Shown here: positions 24,906 through 38,621 of the stretch, piece after piece
Layout: each line of letters opens with the position of its first letter
How positions within the stretch are numbered: the first letter of the stretch is position 1
Source: Callorhinchus milii
Lineage: Eukaryota
NCBI RefSeq assembly: GCF_018977255.1
Contig: NW_024704742.1
Span: forward strand, 75,952,001 to 76,016,000
DNA: 64,000 nt
Direction: 5' to 3'
The notes under the pieces: model-generated
Told to the model about the DNA's origin: nothing
Seen by the model: only the letters and a program-made list of their open reading frames with translations
The model's database searches: none
Program-made: the position numbers and the translations under genes

Positions 24906-27900
24906 CTACAAACAAAAGAGAATGTGAGTGTGCCAGTCATTCAGCTTCAGAACATAGGAAATCCTAGCTCTTCACATGTATATAGGCTCTTGCAATGTTA
25001 AATATCAATACTGGGGTCTTTCAGCAGCTCTGAGGGTTTATATAGCCTCATAGACCCAGCAGATCCCAGAATTCAATCCCGGTTTGTCCTGAGTTGGGTA
25101 GATTAGGGGGCACTACAATAGCCTTTGGTGCCCTGGATTTATAGCGGAGAAACTCATACAAACATGGAAAAACTAGCCTAGATAGCAGAGATGGACTGGC
25201 CATGGAGAATATTCATAATTTCACTTGATATTCTCGATAATAAATCTCTTTATTTGAAGTACCCTTCAAAGAAAAATCATTATAGAGAACATTAGTTGGC
25301 TGGGCATATGATACTGGCCGTAGTGTGATCCAGAAATGCTGTGAGGGAATTAACACAATCATTGCAAATTACAATACTTTATACTACTACCTGACTGAAT
25401 GGATCGTTACATTTTCTTTTTGAGACTTCTGTGGGTGGAGACCATCATTCATTTTCATAGAATTTACAGCACGGAAGGAGGACATTCATCCTATTGTGTC
25501 TATGGTGGCTCTTTGAGAGGGCTTTCCAATTAGTCCCATTCCTCTGCTCTTTTCCCATAGCTTTGCAATTATTTTAGGAAAATACATTTAGAATACATAA
25601 GATGGTGCAGGGGAGAGCGGCACAAACTCAGTGTCATCCCCTTGGCTGGAATGTCATAAATACATGCACAGAACTGTGACATGACAAGCGTGGCTTGAAA
25701 GTGTGGTAATTTGTAATAACAGCTGTAGTAATATAGTATAAGTCTCAGAAATGGGGTAAATGTGCTGGTAATTGCTGCTGTTGACAGCTGCAGTAACATA
25801 GAATAATTTTCAGAGAAGGGATCTCTGTGGTAATTGTGTGCTCCGGCTTGTGACTGACTACTTTACCACAGGTATTTTGTTTTCAATCTTTTGATGGATA
25901 GAAAGAGGCCTGGAAAAAATGCAAAGCCAAATGCTGTCTGCAAAACTCCAGTATAGTCGATCGCGTTAGAAAGTGTCACTGTATCTTTTGCGCATGATGG
26001 GTCTGTAACTGAATTAACTCATGTGCCTTTTGTAAGTTTCTTGAAACCTCCCACAGAATAGGTGTCAGATTGGCTCAGTTGGTGACATTCTTGTCTCTGA
26101 GTCAGAGTTCAAGACCCAGGTCATAATTTTGAGCTTCTAATTTAGGCAAACACTCCAGTGCAGTTCAACTACAACAACTTGGATTTATATAGCGCCCTCC
26201 ACGCAGATCGGCATCTCAGAGCGCTTTACTGTAAAGCTGAACTGAGTGCCATGTTGGCCCACACAAAATAGTCATTACACTTTCCAGGAATTACTTGTGA
26301 AGTTCTTCAAGACATTATTTGATGACAATACAGCATTATATGAGTGGCTAAAATCCACCCAGATGAAGTTGGTCATTAACCTCATGGCTGTTGTGGAACA
26401 TTGCTGCGCACAAAATTGTTTGCTTACAAATACACATTCACTATGCATTAATCAAAACTCTGTGAAGAGATGTTTTGACCTGTTAAAGAATGCAAGGATT
26501 CATTTTATAAAAGCAGCCACTGCCTGTACGTGGTAACTCTCCAGCTGTAGGCAGCTGTAGTAACATAGTATAAGTTTCAGAAAAGAGGAGAACAGGGAAA
26601 AGGGGAAGAACATTGGCCACCTACACATCCAACTTCTAAATAAATACCTTTTGACATATCTATAGCATCATCTAATAACCCTTAAACCTTTTGAATCCTA
26701 GGAACTTGTCTCACTATTTCAAAAATCTTTTTGGAGTTTCTTATGTCACCACCTGTACTGATATCTGCATGTCTATCACTTCTACTAAAACAAAATTCTC
26801 CTTCAATAGCTTTTCATCTGTTTGTGAACCTGGCTGTTTGTGAACCTCTCGCCTCTGATTCCCACATTGGGACTTGGAACTCATAAAGTTAATTCTGTCA
26901 TGTTACCCAGAGCCAAGAGTGAATTAATTTGACAATTAGAACACAAAATCGTATCAGTAACCGTGTCTGAAAGAGCCTGAGCAGATTGGTTCTGTCTCCC
27001 AGATAAAACTGATCATTTCATTTAATTTTTATAGTCATTTAGATATCTTATTCCTGGGAACTATAAAGTAAATGACCTAATGCAGCTATTCTCACTATCT
27101 CAACAGATAAAGAAAGGAGGGACAAGATGGGGACATACAGCCTGTTCAGAACACTTTTGTTGGTCAGGACCATCCACACACACACACACAGGCGATTTAT
27201 CATTTTTTAGTTTAATAACTAATTGTCCAGCAAACTGAGGAATGTCAACCTTTTAAACTCCTTTTACTTTCTATTTGTACTCTTACCAGCTCCACATGTT
27301 TAATTTTTCCTCCCACAAACCTTTCAGTCCAAAGATGTTATAAGAGTGAAGACTCAGCGAAGTTCCAGAGGCCGAACTGAAACAGACAAACTGGCTGGTG
27401 AGTCAGACAGAGACTGCTTCAGGCTTGAAAAGTACTGTGGTTCCCAGGGAAGAGGTGACATTCTGCTGGTTGGAGAAGTTAGTAGCATGGACAACATGCC
27501 TGTGCTCACCCAATCTCAACCCACACTTTATCGCAGGAAGATGTCAAGATTCCTAACCCAATGGATGCTTAGGCCAACTGGAGCTCCCCAAAGTTTTCTT
27601 GGCTCAGATCAGCACAGACCGAGACGTGAATCTAAGAGCTTGAGGTTTAAGTGGTTTCAATTTAACATCAGCTTTATCACCATAGCCACAGGAATGGGTA
27701 AGATGGGAGCTCAAATGTTGTATTTTGCTTTGAATAAAATGAAATGTGACTTTTGGAAAGTGTTGATATCAAGCAATATCCTGATGCAAACTGTTGCGAT
27801 TGTTTCAAGCTTTTATGTGCTCTTTAATCCGCTTTCTTTAGTGAATCTTAAAGATACTTGACGCAAACTGCCAGAAATACACAAGAGTTCTGTCAGTATT

Positions 27901-29420
27901 AGGTCCCATTAGGCAAGTATTTAACAGGAAGAGAATAATTAGGACTGATTGCTGGGGGAATCTACTACAGGAAGAAGTGTGAGCACGATATCAGCACTTT
28001 TACAATGAATCAGCAGTGACACCCAGGCCTGAAAGCAACTTGCTCACAAATTGACAGCATGTTCTTTCAGTAAGTGGCAAGATCCTTACAGTGAAAAGCA
28101 AGGTGTGTCCGATCATCCAGTGGGAAAGGCACTAATACAGCACATAAAGCAAAGGTTTTGAGGTTGAACTCCCAATCTTAGGTTGTTCCTAACAACGGTG
28201 ACAGTGGATACAACAACAAAAACAATTTGTATTTAGGTGGCGTCTAAGTGTATTTAAAGCAGATACAATTTGTCTCAGGCACTCTGGTTAAGGAGATTAA
28301 AACAACCAGGTGATCACTATCCAGTGCCCTTCTCTCTTCCCCTCCCCCCTACTCTTCCATGGAACGTGTATCTATGTGAATGTCAAGTGAATACAGGATT
28401 GGTTCAATGATGTGAATCCCTTTTCCATCAATTGATTTTCTATCAATTTCCAGTCAAGATATATAATAATAATAATCCTTGCATTTGAATAGCGTCTTAT
28501 CGCGTGCTCAAGACGTCTTAAAGTGTTTCACAGGATATACCTTAAAGTGGATTGACTGTGTATTTTGTATTTTATTTACAGTCTACACCTGTCAGGGAGG
28601 GGAACATGGGTGTGGGGGGGAGAATCAGATAAGGCAGGAATGTTAGTCAGGACACTGGGGGAGCCCTCTACTCATTTTCAAAACAGTGCCACTGGATCTT
28701 TCAACTCCCATCTGCACAAGACAGAATATGAGATGACTGCAGGGCTTTAAATAAAGGCAGTGCTTGTTGATATATTAATCACAGATGTTGTCTGTGGTGT
28801 TTTTCTTCCTGAGTCAATTACACTGTCAGGGCAGGGAGCAGACTGCGGCCACTGAGGAGCACCAGGGAGCAGCTCAGCCCAGCAGTAATCAGATTATTTG
28901 TGCGTGCAACTGGCAACGTCAACCAGCTTCCCGACAGCATCTCTCAAGGGCTACTGAGCAATTAGAGCGATTGGCAAGCAGGCCGCTAACCATGGGATGA
29001 AAGAAAGGTATTGAGAGGATGGCTCTCTGCTCAGATCGCTCATCAAATATTGAGAGCGTGCAGCGAGGGAGAAAGTCCATCTCCAGATCAAGTGTCAGAC
29101 AGTCAGAAAGATAAAGGGGAGCTACACTCTCTTTGGACCATTGTTGAAATAGTCTCCTTTACATTCTCCAGGAAAGAACGTCACATAATATAATGCTGTG
29201 TACTTGACTGGGAGGGGTAGGGCTCAATGCCAGCTTCATAGAGTCTCGAACAGGATTGAATATAGGAACAAGCCGAGTACACAGCATTAAACCACGCATT
29301 CCTCTTTCTCTAAGAAATTCAGGGGATTTTACTTCAACAATTGTCTAAAGAGAGTATGGCTTCCCTTTGACTTTGTCTCTCTCAGACCACTAGATCTGGA
29401 GGTGAACTTTCTTCCTCGGG

Positions 29421-30100
29421 GGTCAGCCTGGCTCGGTTGATAGTACTCCTGCCTCTGAGTGAGAAAGTTGTGGGTTCAAGCCCAGGTTGGGAGTTTGACC
29501 TCGTAAGTCCAGCCTGACTCACCTGGCTCCAATGGTTCCGTATCCACCAGCAATCAAGTTCAAGATTATTATTCTGACCCTCAAATCCCCTCATTATCGG
29601 CGGTCAGGCTTTCAGCGTTTCTGCCTCCAATCTCTAGAACTCCATCCCGGAGTCACACCCCTCATCTCCCCCAAGGGCCACCTGAAGACCTTCCTCTTTG
29701 ACTGCACTCTCAGCCATCGTCCCCTAGTCTTCACCTCGGGTGCAAACTCTGGGCTATCGAGTGTGTTGGGATTTCCTCCCAAGGTGAAAGGCAAATGTAA
29801 ATTTGTATTGTATTGACACAACAATATACGCTGTATATATGCTGCATTATTGGAGTTGCCACTGCATGGGACGTTAAACTGAGTTTCTGTTAACCTGTTC
29901 AAATGAATATTAGTCGTCCCATGACACTATTCAAAAAGAGAAGGTATCCTGGGCAACAATCCTCCACATAAACATTGTTACTTAATTCATTGCTGTTTTG
30001 GGGGTGTTGCTGTTCACATTGGCTGCTGTGTTCAGCTACAAAATATACATATACACATCCTATCTGTGTATCTATATCAAATGCAATGATTATTATTATT
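29421..30100 (+). mobile_element. Long DeuSINE interrupted by an L2 3' fragment (~29520-29817)
   Basis: SINE head 29421-29519; core and tail resume after 29818. Confidence 0.65.
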
Positions 30101-30489
30101 AGAATTATATTTCCCCATCAAGCCTATTCTCTCAGTTTATTAGGTCTTGACAGATCTTTTAATCCCTTTGTCCTGCCCTTTCGTCCTACCCTTAATACTT
30201 CTAATACCCAAGTATTTGTCTATTTCTCTTAAAAATCCCTACTGATTCATCTCACCTGCTTTCTGGGACAGAGCTTTCCAAATCATCACAACCGTTTGTG
30301 TGAAAAAATGTTTCCTGACCTCAGTTCTGACTATCCTACCAGCGGGTGCTGAAAACTCTGGTCTCTCACTTTTCTCTATCTCTACCTGTCCATGAAGTGT
30401 AGTTACCCCCATAACATCAGTTCTAGCCAGGCTCCACTGACTCCCGCAATTGCCGAACAGATCGATTTCAAGATCTGAGGCCAGTCTTT

Positions 30490-30580
30490 GCCCAACAGGG
30501 AGAGTGACAGTTTTTCCCTGTATGGAGCGTGCCCGGAATTTCCCTACAGGGAGAGTGTCAGGCTTTCCCAGTCACTCTCA
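30490..30580. repeat. Short degenerate tandem repeat (~26-bp unit CCCTACAGGGAGAGTG-CAG--TTT, 3 copies)
   Basis: Directly visible. Confidence 0.55.
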
Positions 30581-31039
30581 TGCTCCTCCTGGTGATGGGA
30601 GACAGAATTGCAACTTCCAAACATTGGGGAAGAACCCGCTTAAGGCCCAAACAATGAAGGACAAAATGAAAATCTTGGGGTCTCTCAGTAATCCTTTAAT
30701 TAGGTTTATAACAGGATTTACCTTCATAAACAAGGAGCAAACAGACTCATATTTTTAGCAAATTGCACGTGATGGGATCTCCCACTACTTCCCATCAACC
30801 CAAATGCTGTGACAAATGCAAGGATTATTAACTTAAAAACTGGACAGAGGCACAGTACTAGGATTAAGGCTGTCTGAGCTACAGGTTCACTGTAAACAGT
30901 AACCATCAAATCCAACCAGAAGCACACAATGGGAGCCACAGTCCTGTCAAAGGAAGGCAGTTGGACTTGTGTGCCTGAAGTCAAAACACGGAACAAGATT
31001 ACAGAAAAGACTTATGAATGGAATAAACTCAGAAGTCAC

Positions 31040-31125
31040 TGGTCACACGCAGCAGATCAGGCAACATTCATGGAGAGAGGAAAATTAGTTAACGTTTCAG
31101 GTCTATGGCCTTTCATCAGAACTTA
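31040..31125 (+). mobile_element. Penelope-like element remnant
   Basis: CAGCAGATCAGGCAACAT...GGAGAGAG...GTTAACGTTTCAGGTC...CCTTTCATCAGAACT resembles a common cartilaginous-fish Penelope terminal region (recall only). Confidence 0.4.
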
Positions 31126-34100
31126 TGAATGGTGATAGGTTGATGCATTTCAATGTTAACATATTTTTACATCCCACAATCATCGTCAAAACTGCTTGTC
31201 CTAAGAATTTAACTGACAACTTCCTCTGTTCACACTTGGTGGAGCAGCTCAACATATCTCTTTACAAAGTATTCTGTACAGATAAACAGGTTGCACTGAA
31301 GGGTTGCACTGTGACCTAATTGCTCCAAAGCCACTGTGTCCCTTCCATACAGGATTCCCTCCTAGGACCAGACATTTCCCGGTGTGCTCAGTATAGTGAT
31401 TGACAATGGTATCAAAATCCTGGAGTCGGACAATGAGCTTCACACAGGATTTTCATAAAAACGAACCAACTCCGGCCTTCGCTCCAATGCGCCTGGGAGC
31501 TGATCAGGTCAAAGTGGAGATCCAATGTGACGCACATCCAGTTTACAGTCAGGATTCAATATCTTTCTTTGCCAATCCAAACACTGGCTCTTGTATTTCA
31601 GAACCTAATGTGTTTTTATAGTGGGAACAATTCCCACAGTGAATGCATAAATCAAATAGAGAAGTGAGGTTCTTTCAGTCTCCTGGCAAAACCCCCAATA
31701 AAACTGGTCATTCACTTCATGACTGTTTGCGGGACATTGCTGTGTACTAATTAGCTGCCTACAAAAAATACACAGTCATACCATTTTCCAGGAATTTCTT
31801 ATTTGAGACCTTTGAACCACATGATAAGGTGCTATATCAAATGCAAGGATTATTATTTATTATTAATTATTTATCATTGTAAAGCATTACTATTATAAAG
31901 CACCCTTTCCATTCAAGGGGACTGGAACCACCAGTCCTAACATATGGGATTTTGAAGCAGATTTACTGTAAATGGCAACAAAAGGAAACACAATACCAGC
32001 TGGACTCCTGGCAAAAGGACCTGAGTACTGGGAATGTTACATGAGAAAGGCTTTCTCACCTCCAATTGGGAAACTGATCTCTGACCCTAATTCCCTCTCA
32101 AATATTCTCCTCTACACACATAATAAGTCATGGAAGGTACAGTTTGACTGGCTTCACCCAGTATCTTGTCGCAAACGTTCTTTCTTCAGAAGTGGAACCT
32201 GGATGTGAGTGGCTAGCGTGGCTAGTTAACTATGGAGGGTATCACAGCCAAACCCCGCCTCTGTTCACATTCAATTTTACAACTCGATAGTGATCAAGAG
32301 CAGGAATTCTATTTGATTTCCCCTCTCAGGGTCCCTGAAATTAATTGTACCACTCCTTACTGCTGTCTTGGTTGAGATCGGCTAACTCACCACAGGGCAG
32401 GGAAAAAGACCTGTGGCTTCTTATTTCAGTCGCTAAAGTCGTTTCCAGCTAAAACTGGATAGCAGCTTGAACCGAATGGCCCATTTTTGCATCTAGATTC
32501 ACACGTTCCCACCTCATAAGCAGAACAGGCGATGAACCCTAGTTGTGGGGCTAGAATCTGTCTCAGTTGTTCACAGCGCTGTTCAGGGTGTGGAGTGTGA
32601 TGTTCCTCAAGACAGCCTAGCTTCTGAAAGGACAAGCCAGCACTTAATGATTATTTGGTTTCACACTTGCAGGTTTGGTCATTGTAATCTCTCTGAGCAT
32701 CGCTTGGAAAGAACATTCAGTCAAAACCGCTTCGCACCCTTTTCTATTTTGCCTCCTGTGGTGGGAGTAAGCAGCATGGACCTTATTTGCTTTTGACACC
32801 CACCTACCCTTGAGATGATCTCTACGGCCTACACTGACACAGGTTTGCCCAATATTTCCCCAGATTCTTTTGGATGCGGGGATTGCATAGCACCTTTGTC
32901 CCCGTAGTGCACCTTAAGTCTGAGAATCTTGACAGACAATCGGCAGATACTCTGTCGCTGAGCTACATTCACCATGGTTCTTTTCCAGGACACAGAAATA
33001 ACTTTGACATATCAAACTGTGTGTCCTGTAGCTTTAACAGAGCACCGTCTTCACTGGGAAGAGTTGGGCTGTCTTTTTTTTTGCAGAAGCATTTACAATC
33101 ACATGACACAATGATCTAAAAAAGCACATCAAATTATGACATGTGCCCTTTCCACATCACATCTCTTCCATTGAACAATTTAAAACAAAAAAACATTTAC
33201 CAGGCACTATTTCAGTAAAGCCATCTCACCACCTTCCCTTTAAATGCTGATAACGGGCACCAATATTTTGAGGCTAATGAAGTACAAATGGTTCAGTTTC
33301 CTCTACAGCACAGGGTCACTGAATGCCCTGTTTCCTCTCTGCTGACTCTGGGCATGTGCCCTACCTGTTGTTGCCTTGTGAACATTACTGCGTTGTTCTG
33401 TTTCACTCTATATTTGTTGGATCCATAACACAATAACAACTTGCATTTATATAGCGCTCTTCACACAGAGTGGCATCCTGGAGTACAGAACAGTGGTGGA
33501 GTTTGAGGCAGGGAACTCCAGAGGTTAGGCCTTAAAACACAGTCACCAATATTACCACAGAGGGGTTTGGGGATCCTCTGCAGGCCTGTGCCAGCTGAGT
33601 GTAGGGGCCGGCAGATCAGAGAGGTAGGGAGGCACAATAAAGCACAATAGCACGATGAAGCCACACAATGCAATCACTATACAAACCTTGAACAGCACTA
33701 GACCAGAGGAAAAAAGGAGATCAAATAAACGAAAGGTTGGTTTAACCTTAAAAAAAGTGCTCCAGTTTGTGAGTTTTGACAGGAGATATTTTATGGGTGT
33801 GAAGCCTGACAATAATCAAAAAGAGGAAAAGCCGGTAGAAAGTGAGTGCCATGGACTGAGTGATTAATCTACAATACAGTGCTGCAATAAAATAAACTCA
33901 AATGCAAATGCCTGGCAGTGGAATGAACTACCTTTCCGTTAATTAATGTTTTGGTGGGAGTTTCCGTGCTTTCTGGAACTGCATGAAGTGATTGCTATCA
34001 GTAAATAACACCCAGACAGTTTCCACATACTCCGTCACCACTTTGCACACACAAAAAGCAACTTGCCGCTAACGCAGCCAAGAAGGGATCTAGGCAGAGA

Positions 34101-34354
34101 CCCACCTCTGTCTGAACAGCACTGATTCATTTCCCTTATTCCAAAGCTGGTGATTTATGTCCATCATGGTCATGTGCAACACCACTGCCAGTTTCTTCAT
34201 TTTACACCAGGATTCTTACACATGGAAGCATAATAGGAGCATAGCACTTTCTCAACATGTGTATGCTGTCCTCTGATAGCCTCTACTGTCCTCACTCCTA
34301 TGCTCACCCACTCCGCTAAGGGAGCATGTACAGTTACAGGTCTGTCTCACTTTC

Positions 34355-34607
34355 TCCGCCCCTCCGCCCCACCATCAGTGGCCGAGCCTTCAATCACTAT
34401 GCCCCTAACCTCTGGAACTCCCTACCTGTATCCCTCCTCCTTACCCACTCCACTCTCTATCTCTTTTTAATTTCCACCTTAAAGTCTACATCTTTGACCT
34501 CACTCTCGTTCGTCTATCATCTATCTTGCTCGGTGTCCAACCCAGCCACTGTGAAGTGTTCTGAGACATGATCCTCCCTGAAGGGTGCTATATTGCAAGA
34601 TTTTGTT
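34355..34607 (+). mobile_element. L2-clade LINE 3' fragment
   Basis: PTISGRAFNHYAPNLWNSLP. Confidence 0.75.
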
Positions 34608-35299
34608 GACAGACTATCAAGGGAGCATGCACAGTTAAAGAGAAGTGTGAGGTGGTTAGTCGGAGTGTGCTCATATGACAGGTATTGGGAGAGTGTCATG
34701 TTTTTAGAAGTAGCTTCTGTGCTCAATGTTGGGATTTAATATCACGCTGAGATATTACTGCATCTCCTGAACAGATGCCTTACTACCATTGCCTCCCCAA
34801 CTCGTTCCTTTCAAAAACCTGAGTTTACATAGACCACTAAATAGAACTGCTTTTGCAATGCAAGAGTAAATACGCAGATGTGATGATATCATTAGCAACG
34901 ACTGGCATGATATCTACTCATGTTTTCTGTCTAAAGCTGTTGTTTGGTTCTGTTGGCAGAGATTTAAAACATGTGCTGCTAAAGACAAGCTCTTTCTTTA
35001 CAGATCCCTGAACTGCCAGCATCGGCACTGTAATTGTTTGAATCCCGTAAACAGAAGATAGCAAGTAATCTATCTTCTGCTTGTGGCATCCAAACTGAGT
35101 TAAAATGGATATCTCTGGTCACTGCAGGCAGTGAGCAGTGAAGCTTGGGCACTAGGGAAAGGTGGGCCAGTGGGCGTCGATAGATGTGCGGGGCTGCAGA
35201 ATTTTTTTAAAGGATTTTTGTTTGGGGCCTGTTCCAGCTAGGTCCGAATTCCAAATACCTGGAGTTCAGTAAGATGGGGTTTACTGTATTGATTAATTA

Positions 35300-35460
35300 T
35301 GTCCAACCCAAAGCGGACCAACCAAAGTGGACCAACCCAAACTGGACTAACACAAACTGGACTAACCCAAACTGAATCAACCCATACTAGGGTGACTAAC
35401 GTAAACTAGATGGACCTGAGCTACACAAAGTTGGACTGACCCAAATTAGATTCACCCACT
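35300..35460. repeat. Degenerate ~15-bp minisatellite (GGACTAACCCAAACT)
   Basis: About 8-10 imperfect tandem units. Confidence 0.8.
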
Positions 35461-35800
35461 CTTGGCTGATGCAAACCATGGTCAGTACAAAAATATCAGG
35501 TTCACCGGTATTTCCCTTCAGTGAGTGTTTGCCAGAGAGTTCGGAAAATGCTAGCACTAGTCAGCTCAGTGCCCGAGGAACTCAAATACACATAAAAATA
35601 TTCAATGCACCAGGAGACTATTCAGCCCATCATGTATGTGGCACTGTTACCCGATTTTTATAAGTTGCATTTTGTTATTGATCACTTGTTCCAGCTCCTT
35701 TCTCATATCTCTTAATGTTTTTTGTTCTGCAAAGGTCCTTCTTCAGTTCACATTTGGATTACTGAAGGAAGGAGGGGTGGTCGAGCAATTCGGGTCTTAC

Positions 35801-36072
35801 CTGGGTCGGGTGGTAGGCACTCACAACCATACAGTGTGATGTAATCCATCTTGAAATCCATATTGATGGGATAGTAGCTGGACAGCTTAATCATCTTCTT
35901 GAAGGCATCATAGATGAAGATGAAACTGATAAGCGAGGAGAAGCCTTCCTCAGTGAAGCGAGTGAAGTACTGAACAAGGAAACTGGCATCAGTGGCAACA
36001 AGGATGAGACACAGGAAGGCGGTCCACAATCCGATCCACAGACGGAATTCTAGGTAATCAATGTCATTGTCT
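35801..36072 (-). CDS. slc4a4: slc4a4 coding exon (272 nt): [90 protein letters not shown] (TM4-5, start of EL3)
   Basis: ttatag|AGACAAT ... GACCCAG|gtaag; phase 2 to 1; overlaps ORF 35748..36029. Confidence 0.96.
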
Positions 36073-38621
36073 CTATAAGGGTGAGAGGAGGAAGCATTAG
36101 ATACGGTAAATTACCTGGACGAGCAGAAACGTTCAACATTCCACAAGCAAACAAGTCTGGAGAGGATTCTGAATTAAGCAATCCCAATATAATTCAGGGG
36201 ACCTACAGGAATTCCTCTCTGGAAACTGTTTGGAGCAGAGTAGACGTGTCACTGGTTGGGCCAATGTCCTTCTGACTATCATTCTCCAGAGGCACTAAGA
36301 TGATCCGGATCAGCAAATCGTTCAGAGTTTGACAAAACATATACGGAAAGAAGTTTTACTTTTTTATGTCATATTTTAAAGCATCCAGAAGGAGCCGAAT
36401 TCTTGAATTCAGCCTTTTCTTTTGACGCTGTTTTTTCTGCAGTTTTTAAAAGAACAGAAGACTAGCTTCAAAATTGAGGCTGTCGGGTGGAATTTCTCCC
36501 GCAAAATGTTTAACAGGATTGGCTGAATGGACATTTTCTGTGTTATAAACTTTCTATGATTCCATATGTCAAGGTAACAGGACAGGAGGTTCAGGATTTT
36601 GAAGGGATATTTAAGCACATAACCAGGAGGTCTTCCTTTACTCAAAATATAATAAGCAGCTTAAATGGGATATCATTCAGCAACGATGGTAGAGGTGAGA
36701 ACACTGGAATCAAGTCAACAAATAAAGATACTGCATAGAACAGTAGCCCCTGATAAATAATGATAGTAAGCTTCTGTTAGTAAGAATATTTCACACATCT
36801 AGAAAATGTGATTTTTAAAAAAAGATATTTAAGCTATATAAACTATTCAATTCTCAAGCTACAAGGAAACTATTTGCTGATAGTAGATTCCCTGCATAAG
36901 GCTGATATACACTAACACAGCTGGTGCTGTAACTACATTGTTCATTGTTTTCATCGCTGGAGAAGTCGCATGAAACACTTCTTATATTGTACTTTGTGTA
37001 TGCCTCCCAGAGACTGCAATTATAAAGCCGAGCCTGCCATATATGGAAATAGAGAACAATTTATATCTTTAACGCAAGGCATTTTGTCATGAGAACCAAC
37101 TGAATCAGAAGTCGAAACACTTCCACTTACGGAAAGGCTTTTTCCCCCCCTGGAAGTCACTCAGTTTATCATATTTTTTCTCAGATCGTATCAGTACGCA
37201 TGTGTGTGAATGTATCGCTACACTGGTGGAAAAAGGAAATGACAAAGGCAACATACTCTCACATCTGCTAAGGGCCCTTAACAAAAGCTTTGACTTATAG
37301 AATTGGGCACTGTCAACACAAGCTTGCGCAGAAGGGGATTCCATTTGCCTTTGCCCTTGCATGCTGTTCTTCAACATGCGAATATATGGAGACTAACTCT
37401 CCAGAAGCACTTGTTGCCAAGTCTGAGGCCTCTGGCCTGCTCTCTCACACTGTACCAAAATACCCTCTGTGAAACAGCTATATACCTGCTGCTTTGAGTG
37501 CTGCAGTTCGTTAGTGTCGTGGGCAGGGAATTAACATTGAAGAGTGAAAAAAGTAAATCCCAACACAGGCAAAGGAGAGCATTCTCCCTGCATTGGAGGC
37601 AGCAAAGAATGGAACACTCTGCCGTCCACTCAGCTGGCATTCCTCCCTATACCAGAGATCTTCTTTACTGGGGACCGGCAGGTGTCAAGCTTAGAGCTGC
37701 TTCACATGATTTAAAAATAGACACATATTTAAATATGTGCCACCATTCGTGGCTTAAGGCCACAGAGTCTGAGGCTACTGAAGCAAATAAATAGATTACT
37801 GCTGCTATTATTAGCTTTGTTTCTCAAAAGCACAAATAAATGACTACCTTGTGAGATGTGTTACCAGTCTGGTGTCTAAATAATCAGTGGTGGATCCTGG
37901 TGCATTATATAAGGGACTGATAATGGGGGGTGGGGAAGAGGGGTCCCTTTATCAATTTGACTTTTGAATGGTGACACAAGAAAAGTAACACAAGTGTTCA
38001 TTGTGAGCAGTCCATGAACATACAGAGTATCCACAAAGTACTGTTCAAGCGTTCCAGGATGCTACCTCGGGTGAAGGGTGCTATATAAATAGAAGTTGTT
38101 GTTGTTACTCCCATGTTTTATTTCTACAGTGCACTGACCAACAAATTAAACATGTGGAAGAAAGATAATAATTGTAGTTAGAAGTACTTAATTGTATTCA
38201 GTAGAAGTGCTTAACTGTATTTAGACATCCAGAGGATTGATGTGAGAACCAGCATTTTCATGGCAGATAATGATCCATCACCATGTTTGGTGTGACATCT
38301 TCCGTAACATGGATGGCCTGACAGCTTGCTTCAGCTCCTCATGTTTGGAATGGGGAAGTAAGAGAACTGTGTGGACATCCTGTACAGTGCTAGTCGCTTT
38401 TAGAGAAGTGTGACTGGGCAGATGGCATCGAGTTTCCCCACTCATGCACATATCTGAAGCATTTGATAGGTGTTGCTTCTTGTTGTCAAATGTAATAGCA
38501 AGGTTTATTCCCAGTTAGAAACAGAATTTTTCAGCATAAAAGTGCCTCTGCTGGCTCTCTGTAAATCCGCAACAAGTCTCAAACATTGGGTCATTATTAC
38601 TCAACAACAACAACTTGCATT

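Noticed and set aside
27346..27861. 171-aa plus-strand ORF as a nested gene
   Set aside because: No recognisable domain, non-ATG start and no supporting exon structure; likely a chance intronic ORF.
35300..35460. CRISPR-like array (also 58515-59010)
   Set aside because: Degenerate head-to-tail units without unique spacers, inside a vertebrate intron; ordinary minisatellites.
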